Shown here: piece by piece, positions 28,281 to 37,513 of the stretch
Position numbering within the stretch: the stretch's first letter is position 1
Layout of the letters: the number at the start of each line of letters is the position of its first letter
IMG/VR virus record: IMGVR_UViG_3300049460_000312
Span: 186,001-250,000 of that record
DNA length: 64,000 bases
Direction: 5' to 3' (one strand)
The notes under the pieces: model-generated
What the model saw: only the letters and a program-made list of their open reading frames with translations
The model's database searches: none
What the model was told of the DNA's origin: nothing
Program-made: the position numbers and the translations under genes

Positions 28281-28880
28281 GCATTTTGCCCACCCTCTAA
28301 CCACTCGGTCTTACTCTAGCTGCTCCGCGGAGTGGCTAGTGTCAAGTGAGTGCGTTGGGGTGGGCGTATGCGCTTTTTGAGTGACGCGGATCTCTCAGCA
28401 AATCTCCTAGCGGCATCTCCATCGGTTCCAGCTTGATGGCGCGGACTAGGTCTCAGTGCGTATTAAGTCTCTGTCAAAGACACCACACAGGCGTCTATAT
28501 CTCGATTCTGGAAGCGTGTACTTACCAGGCGGAGGGCTCGTCAGTTCCCTCGGTATGACGTCAGGCGGCCGACGTACGCAAGTATGTCTGCAATCGGGAG
28601 CCTGGCGTGAGCGACGCATGTAAGAACCAGGTAAGTATAGGTCAGCTAATGCTCACTATGCCTGTCAGCCCTTTCTCTGGCGCATCGCTGCGTTTCAGAG
28701 ACCATCGGTCGCAGGTGCTCACGCTGCGAGGCACGATGGTGGTGGTGATGAGCGACAGACCACGCATCGTACCGTAGCACGATGCGGGTGAACAGAAGTG
28801 ACCTACAGAAATCCCAGCTCAGATGCCAGTACCGCAAAAGGCTAGCGTATCCGTAGATTGTTATTCTCCTTGTTCTTGCT
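28281..28880 (+). ncRNA. Candidate large structured RNA (about 600 nt)
   Basis: No credible ORF; many long helices with G-U pairs on the + strand (see findings). Confidence 0.55.
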
Positions 28881-28945
28881 TGTTGTTGGCGATTGGATTC
28901 GCTTGGTTCATAAAAGATAAGGGGCCGTAATTTCTTACAGCTATC

Positions 28946-29110
28946 CTACTTGATGCCGAAGAAGCGCTTGGCGAATTCGCTCGGCTCGTCAGAGTCGGGG
29001 ATATCAAACGACGCAACAGGCGGTTGAGCACGAAGGCTATCGAAGAGTTCTTCGAACTCCGCCTTCGCTTCTGGATTGATGCCAGACGGAGGGGCCTCAG
29101 GCTTAACCAT
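28946..29110 (-). CDS. Small hypothetical protein
   Basis: ATG overlaps the upstream stop. Confidence 0.5.
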   Translation of the reverse strand: MVKPEAPPSGINPEAKAEFEELFDSLRAQPPVASFDIPDSDEPSEFAKRFFGIK

Positions 29111-29357
29111 TATTTTCTTCCTTCGCTTGACTGAGAAAGACATCGCGCGCCCGTTCAACACGCTCGACACGCCACTGGTTCAGTAGCAGGTCGACATTCA
29201 AGGTGCTTGGCACCGGTGTGAGTGCCCTCGGGACTTCTTCAATCACTTCACACTTTGCCGGTTGCGGCTTGTTGCGCAACACATCCAAGAAGCGATGTGC
29301 CTGGAGTGCATCAGAGGTCGCTGAAATAGAAGACACTGGCAAGAGGCGAATGGTCAT
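29103..29357 (-). CDS. Hypothetical protein
   Basis: RBS GGAG upstream of the ATG. Confidence 0.5.
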   Translation of the reverse strand: MTIRLLPVSSISATSDALQAHRFLDVLRNKPQPAKCEVIEEVPRALTPVPSTLNVDLLLNQWRVERVERARDVFLSQAKEENNG

Positions 29358-29688
29358 GATTGGAAATCTCCAGGGTGTACTTCATGCGCGAATCGCTCTT
29401 CGAGCGAATCAGCTTAGCTGTCGGGTGCGTAGCCACGGTGGACTTGAACGCGTCCTTGAACGTTTGCACCGCTTCGATGAAGTGCACGAGCTTGGCTTCG
29501 TCGAGCATCGACATGTCGCTGTAGCGCAGCGCGCGTTGCAGGCGGCGCAGTTCGATTTCCACTGCTTCACGGTGTTCCGACGGGTTGGTGAAATGGTCTT
29601 CACCTTGCACTTCAAACGTTTCCACCGCAGCAGCAGCCACAACCGGAGCAACGTCATCACCAAACAGCGCGCGAGCGAATGCAAACAT
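29311..29688 (-). CDS. Hypothetical protein
   Basis: Strong RBS (TAAGGAG) and high-expression codon usage. Confidence 0.7.
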   Translation of the reverse strand: MFAFARALFGDDVAPVVAAAAVETFEVQGEDHFTNPSEHREAVEIELRRLQRALRYSDMSMLDEAKLVHFIEAVQTFKDAFKSTVATHPTAKLIRSKSDSRMKYTLEISNHDHSPLASVFYFSDL

Positions 29689-29778
29689 GGTAATTCTCCT
29701 TAATGAGTTAGTGTACTGACACTAACCCATCAAGGGTCAGTGCCAGCGTTTATTCTTTCAGCGGCTCGTGATGAGCCA

Positions 29779-30207
29779 TTATTTAATCCAGGTTGCTGAG
29801 CGGGTCGTGCCGTCGCTGAGGACGTACACCACCTTGACGCACTCACGGGTCTGGCCTGGGAAACACATCATGCCCGTGCAGATCGAGACGGCTGCCCAAG
29901 TATCGCGGCGCGCATTGTCTTCGATGTCATGCAGGAGTTGCTTGAGCACCTTCAGATGCATGTCTTCGTTGTACGGCAAAGCACGCTCAATCGGGGTGAT
30001 CAGCTCACGCACCTTGCCACTCATCGAGAAGTCGCCGATCTTGTTAAGGAGATCGGAGCGGCTGTACTCGACGAAGCCGAGCGGTGTATTGCCAGCCAAA
30101 GCGACAGGCTCAGGTTGCATACGTGTCGGGGCACAGTCGCTGAATGCATCCGCCAGGATATTGAGAGCAACAACGGTAGCGAGCTTCGAAGTACGGTTCA
30201 TCAACAT
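29779..30207 (-). CDS. Hypothetical protein
   Basis: RBS CAGGA before ATG at 30207. Confidence 0.6.
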   Translation of the reverse strand: MLMNRTSKLATVVALNILADAFSDCAPTRMQPEPVALAGNTPLGFVEYSRSDLLNKIGDFSMSGKVRELITPIERALPYNEDMHLKVLKQLLHDIEDNARRDTWAAVSICTGMMCFPGQTRECVKVVYVLSDGTTRSATWIK

Positions 30208-30259
30208 GGGGATTCCTGTCAGAAGTTTATTAAAAGAGGTAAGGGGAGTCAGGCCTGGC

Positions 30260-30580
30260 TCAGATGCCAAAGCCTTCGAAATGGAGCGCTTCGAGCTCGA
30301 TGAGACGCATCCGTGCCTCACTGCGTGCCTCAGCAGCAGCGCCAGCATCATACTGGATCTGTACCAGCCGCAGGTCGAGGGAGAATGCCGGCCGTTCGTG
30401 CGCAAGCCAGTAGGTGTGACCGCGCTCGGCGATGCGTACCACTTTCTGCCGGCGTTTTTCCCAGATCGACGCCATCTGCGCTTCGCGCCAGCGGCCGAAC
30501 CTGAAGAAACTGTGCTGGCTGATCAGCTTAACTGTACCGGTTACTGCTGCGGCAAGTGCACCACCAAAAGAGCGTGCCAT
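30260..30580 (-). CDS. Hypothetical protein
   Basis: Fills the gap in a run of small early genes. Confidence 0.5.
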   Translation of the reverse strand: MARSFGGALAAAVTGTVKLISQHSFFRFGRWREAQMASIWEKRRQKVVRIAERGHTYWLAHERPAFSLDLRLVQIQYDAGAAAEARSEARMRLIELEALHFEGFGI

Positions 30581-30601
30581 GGGAGAGTCCTGTAGAGGGG
30601 A

Positions 30602-30880
30602 TTAGAGAAGCATCATACCGGTGACTGCAAAGTTGGCGATGTACTTTTCCATCATCGCCATGCCGTCATGGCTCTTTGCTTTCACAAACTTGTCGACTTC
30701 CATCGCGAGGTGGCTGCCGAGGATCTGTTTGGTGTAACGACCTACGTTGGCGTGGGGCTTTTCCACTGCATCCTGAATGGCGGCGAGGGCCAGACGACGA
30801 CGATTTTCCCAATCCGTGGCCGGTGCTTTTTCCATGATCGACGGGAACAGGCCAGCAAACATTTGCGTAAAGATGGACAT
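30602..30880 (-). CDS. Hypothetical protein
   Basis: ORF in the early gene run. Confidence 0.6.
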   Translation of the reverse strand: MSIFTQMFAGLFPSIMEKAPATDWENRRRLALAAIQDAVEKPHANVGRYTKQILGSHLAMEVDKFVKAKSHDGMAMMEKYIANFAVTGMMLL

Positions 30881-30946
30881 GATTTTGACAAGATAAAGTA
30901 CAGGCGCATTGGAGAGAGCGTGTGCTCTCCCCGATGAGTCCGCTGA

Positions 30947-31180
30947 TTAAAGGCCTGTTTCCATAAACAGGTCAACTTCGTGCTCGGCCACTGACAACAG
31001 GCTCAAGCTTTCCAGCGCTTTGGCACTAGCGATCAGGCGCTGCAATTCATCAGCGCGGATGTTCTTGCGAAACACCGGAACGAACTCCGAGTGATCGAGC
31101 TTTTGTGCGGTAGCCAGTTTGCTCTGAGCGCGCTTGTAGACACGGTCAAACGTCGGCACAGCACCTTTCATGTTCAGCAT
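30947..31180 (-). CDS. Hypothetical protein
   Basis: RBS AAAGGA. Confidence 0.6.
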   Translation of the reverse strand: MLNMKGAVPTFDRVYKRAQSKLATAQKLDHSEFVPVFRKNIRADELQRLIASAKALESLSLLSVAEHEVDLFMETGL

Positions 31181-31258
31181 GATACTTACGTCCTTTCTCT
31201 GATTTAGATGTATGAGTTTACAGCGGCATAAAGGCCGGGCGAATGCCCGGCCTCCGTC

Positions 31259-31765
31259 CTACGCCAGCGCAGCCTGAATGTCCAGGTACTGCACGTGCAG
31301 CGCTTTCACCCGATCCAGGTTAGGCGTTGCATAGGTCGTATCGATCGCCTTCTGGAGGAAGGTGCCGATATCGTCCCACGGACCATGGCCCCGATCGGTG
31401 ACATCGGCACCGAAGATGAAGTCCACGTCCGAACCCGTCAACGTCTTACCGAAGCCATCGGTATCAAGCGCACGGGTAATGTACGACGAACAGCATACGC
31501 CGACGGCCACCGGGGCATCACCCGTCTTCACGTCGCGTTGAAACACCACCACGTTACCGAACGGTGTGCCAACGATAATCAGCTTACGGCCGTCCGGGGT
31601 TACCGAACCCACCATATTGCCGACCGACAGTTGCGGGCACGTTGCTGCATTCACCGCACCGAAGAAGTCACCGTCAATCACCCACTTCGGATCAAATCCG
31701 AGGGTGGTGACGAGCGCGTTGAACTTCGCATCAAACTTCTTCGAAGCATCCAGTTTCTTGAACAT
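31259..31765 (-). CDS. Hypothetical protein
   Basis: 168 aa; leader AACTCTAAATCAGGAG. Confidence 0.7.
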   Translation of the reverse strand: MFKKLDASKKFDAKFNALVTTLGFDPKWVIDGDFFGAVNAATCPQLSVGNMVGSVTPDGRKLIIVGTPFGNVVVFQRDVKTGDAPVAVGVCCSSYITRALDTDGFGKTLTGSDVDFIFGADVTDRGHGPWDDIGTFLQKAIDTTYATPNLDRVKALHVQYLDIQAALA

Positions 31766-31825
31766 TTAAGTTCTCCTGATTTAGAGTTATTAGAACTACG
31801 GGTTGGACGGCAGGACTTCAGCTAC

Positions 31826-31966
31826 TTACTTGACGTTGTTCTTGTTGAGCTTTTCAAGCGTGGCACGCAACTGCGCTTGAACCTTGGCGAGGTTGTTAGT
31901 GCGCAGGTTGTTTGCACGACGGGCGTTGCTCATTTGGGCAAACAGATCGACCATAGTTGCGGACAT
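31826..31966 (-). CDS. 46-aa basic helical micro-protein (below ORF-track cutoff)
   Basis: MSATMVDLFAQMSNARRANNLRTNNLAKVQAQLRATLEKLNKNNVK; RBS TAGGA within the conserved leader. Confidence 0.6.
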   Translation of the reverse strand: MSATMVDLFAQMSNARRANNLRTNNLAKVQAQLRATLEKLNKNNVK

Positions 31967-32059
31967 GATAGTTTCCTAATTTAAAGTTTGAGAGATTGTT
32001 CGTTGGACTGCATTGCGAAAGGCTATCCCGGAGAATAGCCTTTGACACTGCGGCCTAAT

Positions 32060-32455
32060 TTACCACCAGCGCGCCATCACGAAAGCCGCGAAGCATTCGA
32101 GCGTGTCGAACAGTTCCGGCTCGGCTTCGCGAGTGTCGTTGTAGAACAGCTCGCCCCAGATAGGGAAGCTGTGCAACGTACACGGCGACAACTCGACCAC
32201 GATCGTGCAGCCATAGAGCTGCGCCATAATCGTTTTCTCAGTGCGATACTCCCACTTGAGCGTCTTCATGAGTTGCGAGAGCGCCGTGCCTTCCGGACCG
32301 TTTTCCGGGCGGCGATCCAGATAGATCAATGCCAGGTTGTGATCTCGGCAGAAGTCATCGGCGGTCTTGCCCTTGAGCTTCTCGCTACGCTCCGCATAGA
32401 GGCGAGCAACTTCAGCGTCGATTTCCGGCGAGGTCTTGAAGGTGGTTTTGTTCAT
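32060..32455 (-). CDS. Hypothetical protein
   Basis: ATGA overlap with the upstream gene. Confidence 0.65.
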   Translation of the reverse strand: MNKTTFKTSPEIDAEVARLYAERSEKLKGKTADDFCRDHNLALIYLDRRPENGPEGTALSQLMKTLKWEYRTEKTIMAQLYGCTIVVELSPCTLHSFPIWGELFYNDTREAEPELFDTLECFAAFVMARWW

Positions 32456-32835
32456 GCCTTGGGTCCTTGCTTGAGGCCTGTGAAGCGGAAGTGGTACTGT
32501 CGCTGACCACCAATCTCGCTGAAGTACAGCACGTAGATATTCGACTCAGTGATGCTGTCGCAGTAGTACACCGTGACTTCCCAGTTCTTCAGGAAGGTGG
32601 CGAAATCGCTGTAGGCCAGCTCGATCACGTCGCCCACGGCTTCGCGCATCAGCATGCCTTCCTGGTCGACTGCCACGGTGCCGGTATAGTCGATCCGATC
32701 CTGCAGTTGTTGCAGGACTTCATTCAGTACCGTGATACCGAAGTGGCCGTTGATGATGGCCTTCTTGTTGGTCAGGTACTTGCGCTTTTGTTGTTCGACG
32801 AGCTGAGCGGCGGCGGAGATGACTTTGGCAACCAT
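32452..32835 (-). CDS. Hypothetical protein
   Basis: Conserved leader and RBS. Confidence 0.65.
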   Translation of the reverse strand: MVAKVISAAAQLVEQQKRKYLTNKKAIINGHFGITVLNEVLQQLQDRIDYTGTVAVDQEGMLMREAVGDVIELAYSDFATFLKNWEVTVYYCDSITESNIYVLYFSEIGGQRQYHFRFTGLKQGPKA

Positions 32836-32886
32836 GATGATTCCTGATTTAGAGTTTGTAATGGTGTTTCGACGACGGCTGTCTTG

Positions 32887-33138
32887 CTAACCAGCGATGT
32901 TGTTTTCTTTCTCGATCACGAGGAAGTTTTCGTAATTGATGCGATCTTCGGGATCGTCGGAGTAGCTGCGGGTGCGCAGGCTCGCGGCGCAGATGCTGAT
33001 ATTTTCCAGCACCAGGTCCTCCCCCCATTTTTCATTGCAGCGATTGAGGATCTCAGCGAGCGTAAAGTATTCGCCGGTTGAGAGAAGATGCAGCTTGGTA
33101 TCGGTATCGACCGGCGTTTCTACGGTAAAATCAGCCAT
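32887..33138 (-). CDS. Acidic hypothetical protein
   Basis: RBS AAGGA before ATG at 33138. Confidence 0.6.
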   Translation of the reverse strand: MADFTVETPVDTDTKLHLLSTGEYFTLAEILNRCNEKWGEDLVLENISICAASLRTRSYSDDPEDRINYENFLVIEKENNIAG

Positions 33139-33154
33139 GATTATTTCCTTGATG

Positions 33155-33589
33155 TTAGCGATCTGCACGAATCACGAACGAAGCCTTGCCAAGCTTGGTG
33201 CCGCGATCACAGAACTGCAATTCGAAGAAGTCGGTATCTTTCACATCCCCATCGAAGAAGAGCCAGGCATCGGGCTCCTCTTTATCGTTGGCTACATCGA
33301 TGGCGCCGCTGAGCGTGGTGAGAAACCGCGCATCCGCTTTACTGATCTTGGCGACCGCTTCGGGTGAAGCGCCCGTCATTTGTAATTTGTTGGTACGGAT
33401 ACTACACCAGAAGGAAATCATCTGGACCACACTTTTGTGCTCAGTGGTAAGCTTCACGCACTGCAGGTCTCGTGTCTTCGCCGGTTCCAGGCGAACACTG
33501 TGACCACTGGCGCTGATAAAGCTCACCAAAGCGTGGCCTGCCAAGAACTTGGCGGTGTCACTTGAAAACAGGTTGGACAAGAAACCCAT
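33155..33589 (-). CDS. Hypothetical protein
   Basis: RBS GGAG before ATG at 33589. Confidence 0.6.
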   Translation of the reverse strand: MGFLSNLFSSDTAKFLAGHALVSFISASGHSVRLEPAKTRDLQCVKLTTEHKSVVQMISFWCSIRTNKLQMTGASPEAVAKISKADARFLTTLSGAIDVANDKEEPDAWLFFDGDVKDTDFFELQFCDRGTKLGKASFVIRADR

Positions 33590-33727
33590 GGTTGACTCCA
33601 AAAAGAAAAACCGGTGAAAAGAACGGGGAAGAGCTTGCGCCCTTCCCCGTATAAAGGCGTAACCCAGAAGGGAAACGCAATCGAGAAAGAACCAGAAGCA
33701 GCCACATGGATGCTTATGTTCAGGTTT

Positions 33728-33735
33728 GTTATATG
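33728..33735 (-). promoter_or_regulatory. Early promoter core (CATATAAC)
   Basis: Same architecture as the other copies, downstream of a terminator and heading a small-gene run. Confidence 0.5.
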
Positions 33736-33810
33736 TGGTTGAAAATTATTAGACTTTAATCCAGCGGCATAACAGCCAGAGCAGGCGTATGCCCGCTCTG
33801 GCGAAAGCCT

Positions 33811-34593
33811 TTACTGAACGTGCGCCTGGGCGACCTGCCGGGCGAAATAGACCGTGTGGGTCGACTCCGTCGGATTGCGATCCTTGATACTCGCGATCAC
33901 GCGTACCAGAACCTGTGGTGCTACCGCCATATTCTTGCCTGCGTCCGGAGTGGCATCCATCACAAACGACAGCGACACGCGAATCGACCCGCTGGTCTGG
34001 TTCTGCGCGCAATGCTCGGTGATATACTTCTCATTGTTTTTCAGGCAATGGTAGAGGTAGACACCCAGTTGCTCGACGCTATCGTTCATGCACATCCAGC
34101 CGTCCTGCGCCATGGCCGCAACCATCTCTTCTGTCAACACGGTCATAACAGAATAGTCCATCTCCAGTTGCTTAAGCTCATGCCAGCGGTTCTTCTCGTA
34201 GCCCGCCACATTGCTGTAGTTGGTCACGCGCTGTTCACCCTCCGCTGTGTAATGGGTGGTGGTCACCAGGTTCAGGCGCACCGGCCCCTTGCGGACGCCG
34301 GAGAGTTTGCGGATATGGCTCAGAATCGAAATGCAGGCACTACGCGGATCTTGCGGTTCGCTGATCGCCTGGACATACGAGGACAGATCGATGAAGGGAA
34401 TCGCTCGTGCGCTCGTCTGCTGCATCTCCTCAAGACTGTCAACCACTGATTCCTTGCGATCTTCCGGTACGGTTTCCTTCTTAGTGGCAGGCACTTCACG
34501 AGCACGATCGGGCAAGACATAGCCCGCGATAAACAGCAGCAGGTAGCCGAAGAACAGCCGGATACCGCGCACACACCTGGCGATGGTTTTCAT
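33811..34593 (-). CDS. Membrane-anchored hypothetical protein
   Basis: N-terminal TM (LFFGYLLLFIAGYVLP); ATGA-coupled to the upstream NTase. Confidence 0.65.
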   Translation of the reverse strand: MKTIARCVRGIRLFFGYLLLFIAGYVLPDRAREVPATKKETVPEDRKESVVDSLEEMQQTSARAIPFIDLSSYVQAISEPQDPRSACISILSHIRKLSGVRKGPVRLNLVTTTHYTAEGEQRVTNYSNVAGYEKNRWHELKQLEMDYSVMTVLTEEMVAAMAQDGWMCMNDSVEQLGVYLYHCLKNNEKYITEHCAQNQTSGSIRVSLSFVMDATPDAGKNMAVAPQVLVRVIASIKDRNPTESTHTVYFARQVAQAHVQ

Positions 34594-35537
34594 TTGCCTC
34601 CTTCGAGCAACATTTCAGCAAAGCGAGTGTTCAGCCTGTTGATCTGCTTGAGATAGTTTTCCATACTCCGGTCCGCCAGATGCGGCGGGACGATGATCAC
34701 CGGACGGCTCAGGACCAACGGGTGCAGCTTATCGATCACCCGAATACAGGTCGGGTGCCAATAGCTGTGACCGTTCTTGAACAAGCCATCGCGCAGATGC
34801 GGCAACATATTGCGTTGCAGGAACGAGACGTTGACATCCTGACCCACGTCCTGCAGATAGCCGTCGATGAGTTCGGCTAGGGTGAGGGTTTTGTTCAGCA
34901 CCAGCTCGCTCACAAAGCGCTGGCTCGTCACTGCCCAGCCAAGGAACAACCGGTAGATCGCATCCGAGATTTCCGAATGCTTGATCTCACCGCCTGACTT
35001 CATCAAGCCCCGGGCTTTGCTGGCGCGCCCGGCACAGGAATGCCGATAGCGCTCTGCGTCGAACGTAGAGGCTGCGAACGTATCGATCTGCTTGGTAAGG
35101 ACGTCATTGCCCATGAAGTCGATCACGAGGTTGTCGTGCCCGATGCGGAAGTCCAGATTACCCTTGCCGATTTCCCGCACAAAGAAGTCCAGGCTGACGA
35201 AGTTCAACTGCACCTCTTTTTCATCCACGGTGAAGTCTGCGTGCGTGCGTTGAAGCACTGACAGCGTGACTTGGGGCGGCACCGATTCTTCTTCAGCTAC
35301 CTGACGCGTATCGGCGGGGATCATCCGGGCATACTGGGAGATACCGCCCAGATACACCACGTACAGATCGATGTCCGATTCCGGACCCGCATAGCCTTTG
35401 GCCTGTGAGCCGAAAACTCCGGCATAAACCGGACGGATGTGAAAACGATCGCACTGCGCCTGGATCTCACGCATCAACATCCCGTAAAACGCTTCGCCGA
35501 ACTGACGTTCGAACGTCTTGTTATCGAAAAGCCCCAT
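34590..35537 (-). CDS. Pol-beta superfamily nucleotidyltransferase (RlaP/Nuc-transf-like), copy 2
   Basis: GVFGSQAKGYAGPESDIDLYVVY = GS-x2-xG-x4-SDxD signature; start corrected to 35537. Confidence 0.8.
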   Translation of the reverse strand: MGLFDNKTFERQFGEAFYGMLMREIQAQCDRFHIRPVYAGVFGSQAKGYAGPESDIDLYVVYLGGISQYARMIPADTRQVAEEESVPPQVTLSVLQRTHADFTVDEKEVQLNFVSLDFFVREIGKGNLDFRIGHDNLVIDFMGNDVLTKQIDTFAASTFDAERYRHSCAGRASKARGLMKSGGEIKHSEISDAIYRLFLGWAVTSQRFVSELVLNKTLTLAELIDGYLQDVGQDVNVSFLQRNMLPHLRDGLFKNGHSYWHPTCIRVIDKLHPLVLSRPVIIVPPHLADRSMENYLKQINRLNTRFAEMLLEGGK

Positions 35538-35590
35538 ACCACCCTCAATGTGTTCAGATGTTAAACGGGCCGCGCGAGGCGGCCCGGGTC

Positions 35591-36529
35591 TCATGCAGCC
35601 AACAACTCCGTCGGCGGCGTTTCGGCTTTGCTCTTGCCGTTACGCTCGTCTTCGTGATCGAGCAACTCCTGGTAGAGGTCGATCATTTCGCGAGTTTCTT
35701 CGGGCAGGTTCGGATACTGCTTCGGATGCTCGCGCAGGTAGTCCGTCGCCAGACGCAGTACGCGGCCGGTGAACTGCCTGAGCAGGCTGACGGCGTTCTC
35801 GTTGATGCCCTGCGGCATGTCGAACGGGCTACGTTCGGTACGCGCACGAATCACGCCCGTGACTTCCCGAAGAAAGCCTTCGGACATCGAGGTGGCCCAA
35901 TTGGCACGATTCATTTCGATCAGTTCCTGAATCGTACGGCAATGCTGCTTGTCGCCATCCAGGTAGGCGAGCATGCGGTGCGCCGACCAGAGCGTACCGA
36001 GGTAAGTGCGTTCCTGCTTGTACTCACGGCCATGATCGTCAATGGCTTGTAGCGTGCGCATACCGTTGGTGATATGTTCACCGCAGCGATGCACCAGGTT
36101 CGGCAACAGGAAATAATCCTGCGCGATGTCCTCGAACAGGAACCGTACCTGAGCGTTGTCCGCGGCGAAGCGTTCGTACGCCATCAGCGAGAAGGTGCTC
36201 GCATTCATGATGCCGCGCAAGAGACTACGCATATCCAGCAGCGATACCATGATCTGCCAGCCGAGCTCCCGCGACATCTGCGTGGAGAGCTTGGCGAGCT
36301 TGTCGCGCCGGTCATCCAGCGTGCCTTCGAAAATCGGCGCGTTGGACATGTTCAGGTAGTCCGAGACGGGTCGGTTCAGCAGGAAGCAGATGTCCGTGTC
36401 GGAGTTCGGGTCATTGAAGCCGCGCAGGATCGATCCGTGGATCGTCGCTGCCGTTACTTCCAGTCCCAGGTGACGAGAGACTAGGGCGGTGGCTTCAGCA
36501 AGTCGTTGCTTTTTGAGTTGTTCGTTCAT
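35591..36529 (-). CDS. Pol-beta superfamily nucleotidyltransferase (RlaP/Nuc-transf-like), copy 1
   Basis: IHGSILRGFNDPNSDTDICFLL signature and LDMR third-acid region; ends in ELLAA. Confidence 0.8.
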   Translation of the reverse strand: MNEQLKKQRLAEATALVSRHLGLEVTAATIHGSILRGFNDPNSDTDICFLLNRPVSDYLNMSNAPIFEGTLDDRRDKLAKLSTQMSRELGWQIMVSLLDMRSLLRGIMNASTFSLMAYERFAADNAQVRFLFEDIAQDYFLLPNLVHRCGEHITNGMRTLQAIDDHGREYKQERTYLGTLWSAHRMLAYLDGDKQHCRTIQELIEMNRANWATSMSEGFLREVTGVIRARTERSPFDMPQGINENAVSLLRQFTGRVLRLATDYLREHPKQYPNLPEETREMIDLYQELLDHEDERNGKSKAETPPTELLAA

Positions 36530-36582
36530 TTTGGTATCCTCGATGTGGTTTTTGGCAATAGACCTAGATCCATTCTACGTTT

Positions 36583-36590
36583 GTGATATG
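36583..36590 (-). promoter_or_regulatory. Early promoter core (CATATCAC)
   Basis: 54 nt upstream of the NTase pair. Confidence 0.55.
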
Positions 36591-36681
36591 TGTCTGAAAC
36601 TAAGTCCAGATCACCATCCAAGCCAGTTGCTCACAACAAGGACACCGTGCTGTATTTTCTAATTACTTACAACTATCCTAC

Positions 36682-37089
36682 TCAGAAATATATCTGGATA
36701 GAATGACCGTCTGCTTCCCGGTGCAGTGTATCGGTATTATGCAACCGCATCGAGACCACGCCGTGACAGCCCTTGGCATTGTCCTTCGCCCATTGGCTTG
36801 TGACCTTCTCAAAGCCCGCGTACGTGCAGAACCACAGGCGTTCGTCACTGTTGTTGACGGTCTTGATCACGCCCTTCTCGTAAAAGGCTTCAGAAGTCAC
36901 GACGTCGAAGATATCGCTGACTTCCGGACTCATCTCGGGATCGGTATCACCCCAGTAAGCGAGTAGGATAGCGATGATCAAGCGAAAGTTATCGCGTAGC
37001 TCAGCCTGCGAGCGAGCGCGACCGACGCCGTAGAGCAAAGCCCGTGTGTAGATCTTGTTGTTCGGTGTGATAAGGTGAAGGAAAGCCAT
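36682..37089 (-). CDS. Hypothetical protein
   Basis: ORF in an operon with the HTH gene. Confidence 0.6.
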   Translation of the reverse strand: MAFLHLITPNNKIYTRALLYGVGRARSQAELRDNFRLIIAILLAYWGDTDPEMSPEVSDIFDVVTSEAFYEKGVIKTVNNSDERLWFCTYAGFEKVTSQWAKDNAKGCHGVVSMRLHNTDTLHREADGHSIQIYF

Positions 37090-37105
37090 AGTAAGCAATA
37101 AAAGG

Positions 37106-37513
37106 TTAAGTTTCCCAGGGACGAGGGCACGCTACCCCAAGCGCGCGTTTTCTTTGCAGTTCGTCCCGCCGTTTTGTTTCTTTGATACAAATCTGTCGCA
37201 CCCGCTGATATGAGATATCCAACGCCTGCGCAATCCTGCGATACGTGTAGCCCCGGATGTTGTGCTGAATGACGATGTGACCAAATAACTGCGCCACGCA
37301 ATACACGCTGGTCTGTAAGCCGGTTTCCTTTCTCGCCACAAGCATGTTCTCCCGCGTACGGACTACCCACTCTTTCTGAGCGGACGTCAGTAATGGGGAA
37401 AGCTCTTGCTCCAGCTTATTCAGCTTGACCAGAATCTCGTCAAAACGCTGCAGATGAAAAGACTTACGCTCGTTGAGCTGCTCCATGGTTAGGGAATGGG
37501 GCTTAGCGATCAT
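37106..37513 (-). CDS. HTH protein resembling sigma-70 region 4
   Basis: GYTYRRIAQALDISYQRVRQICIK matches the G.T..EIA..LgiS.eRVrQi sigma r4 pattern. Confidence 0.65.
   Translation of the reverse strand: MIAKPHSLTMEQLNERKSFHLQRFDEILVKLNKLEQELSPLLTSAQKEWVVRTRENMLVARKETGLQTSVYCVAQLFGHIVIQHNIRGYTYRRIAQALDISYQRVRQICIKETKRRDELQRKRALGVACPRPWET

Noticed and set aside
28921-28945. GGGGCCGTAA resembles a tmRNA 5' end
   Set aside because: No TTCGAC, tag ORF or matching 3' acceptor/T-arm; it runs directly into the neighbouring gene end.
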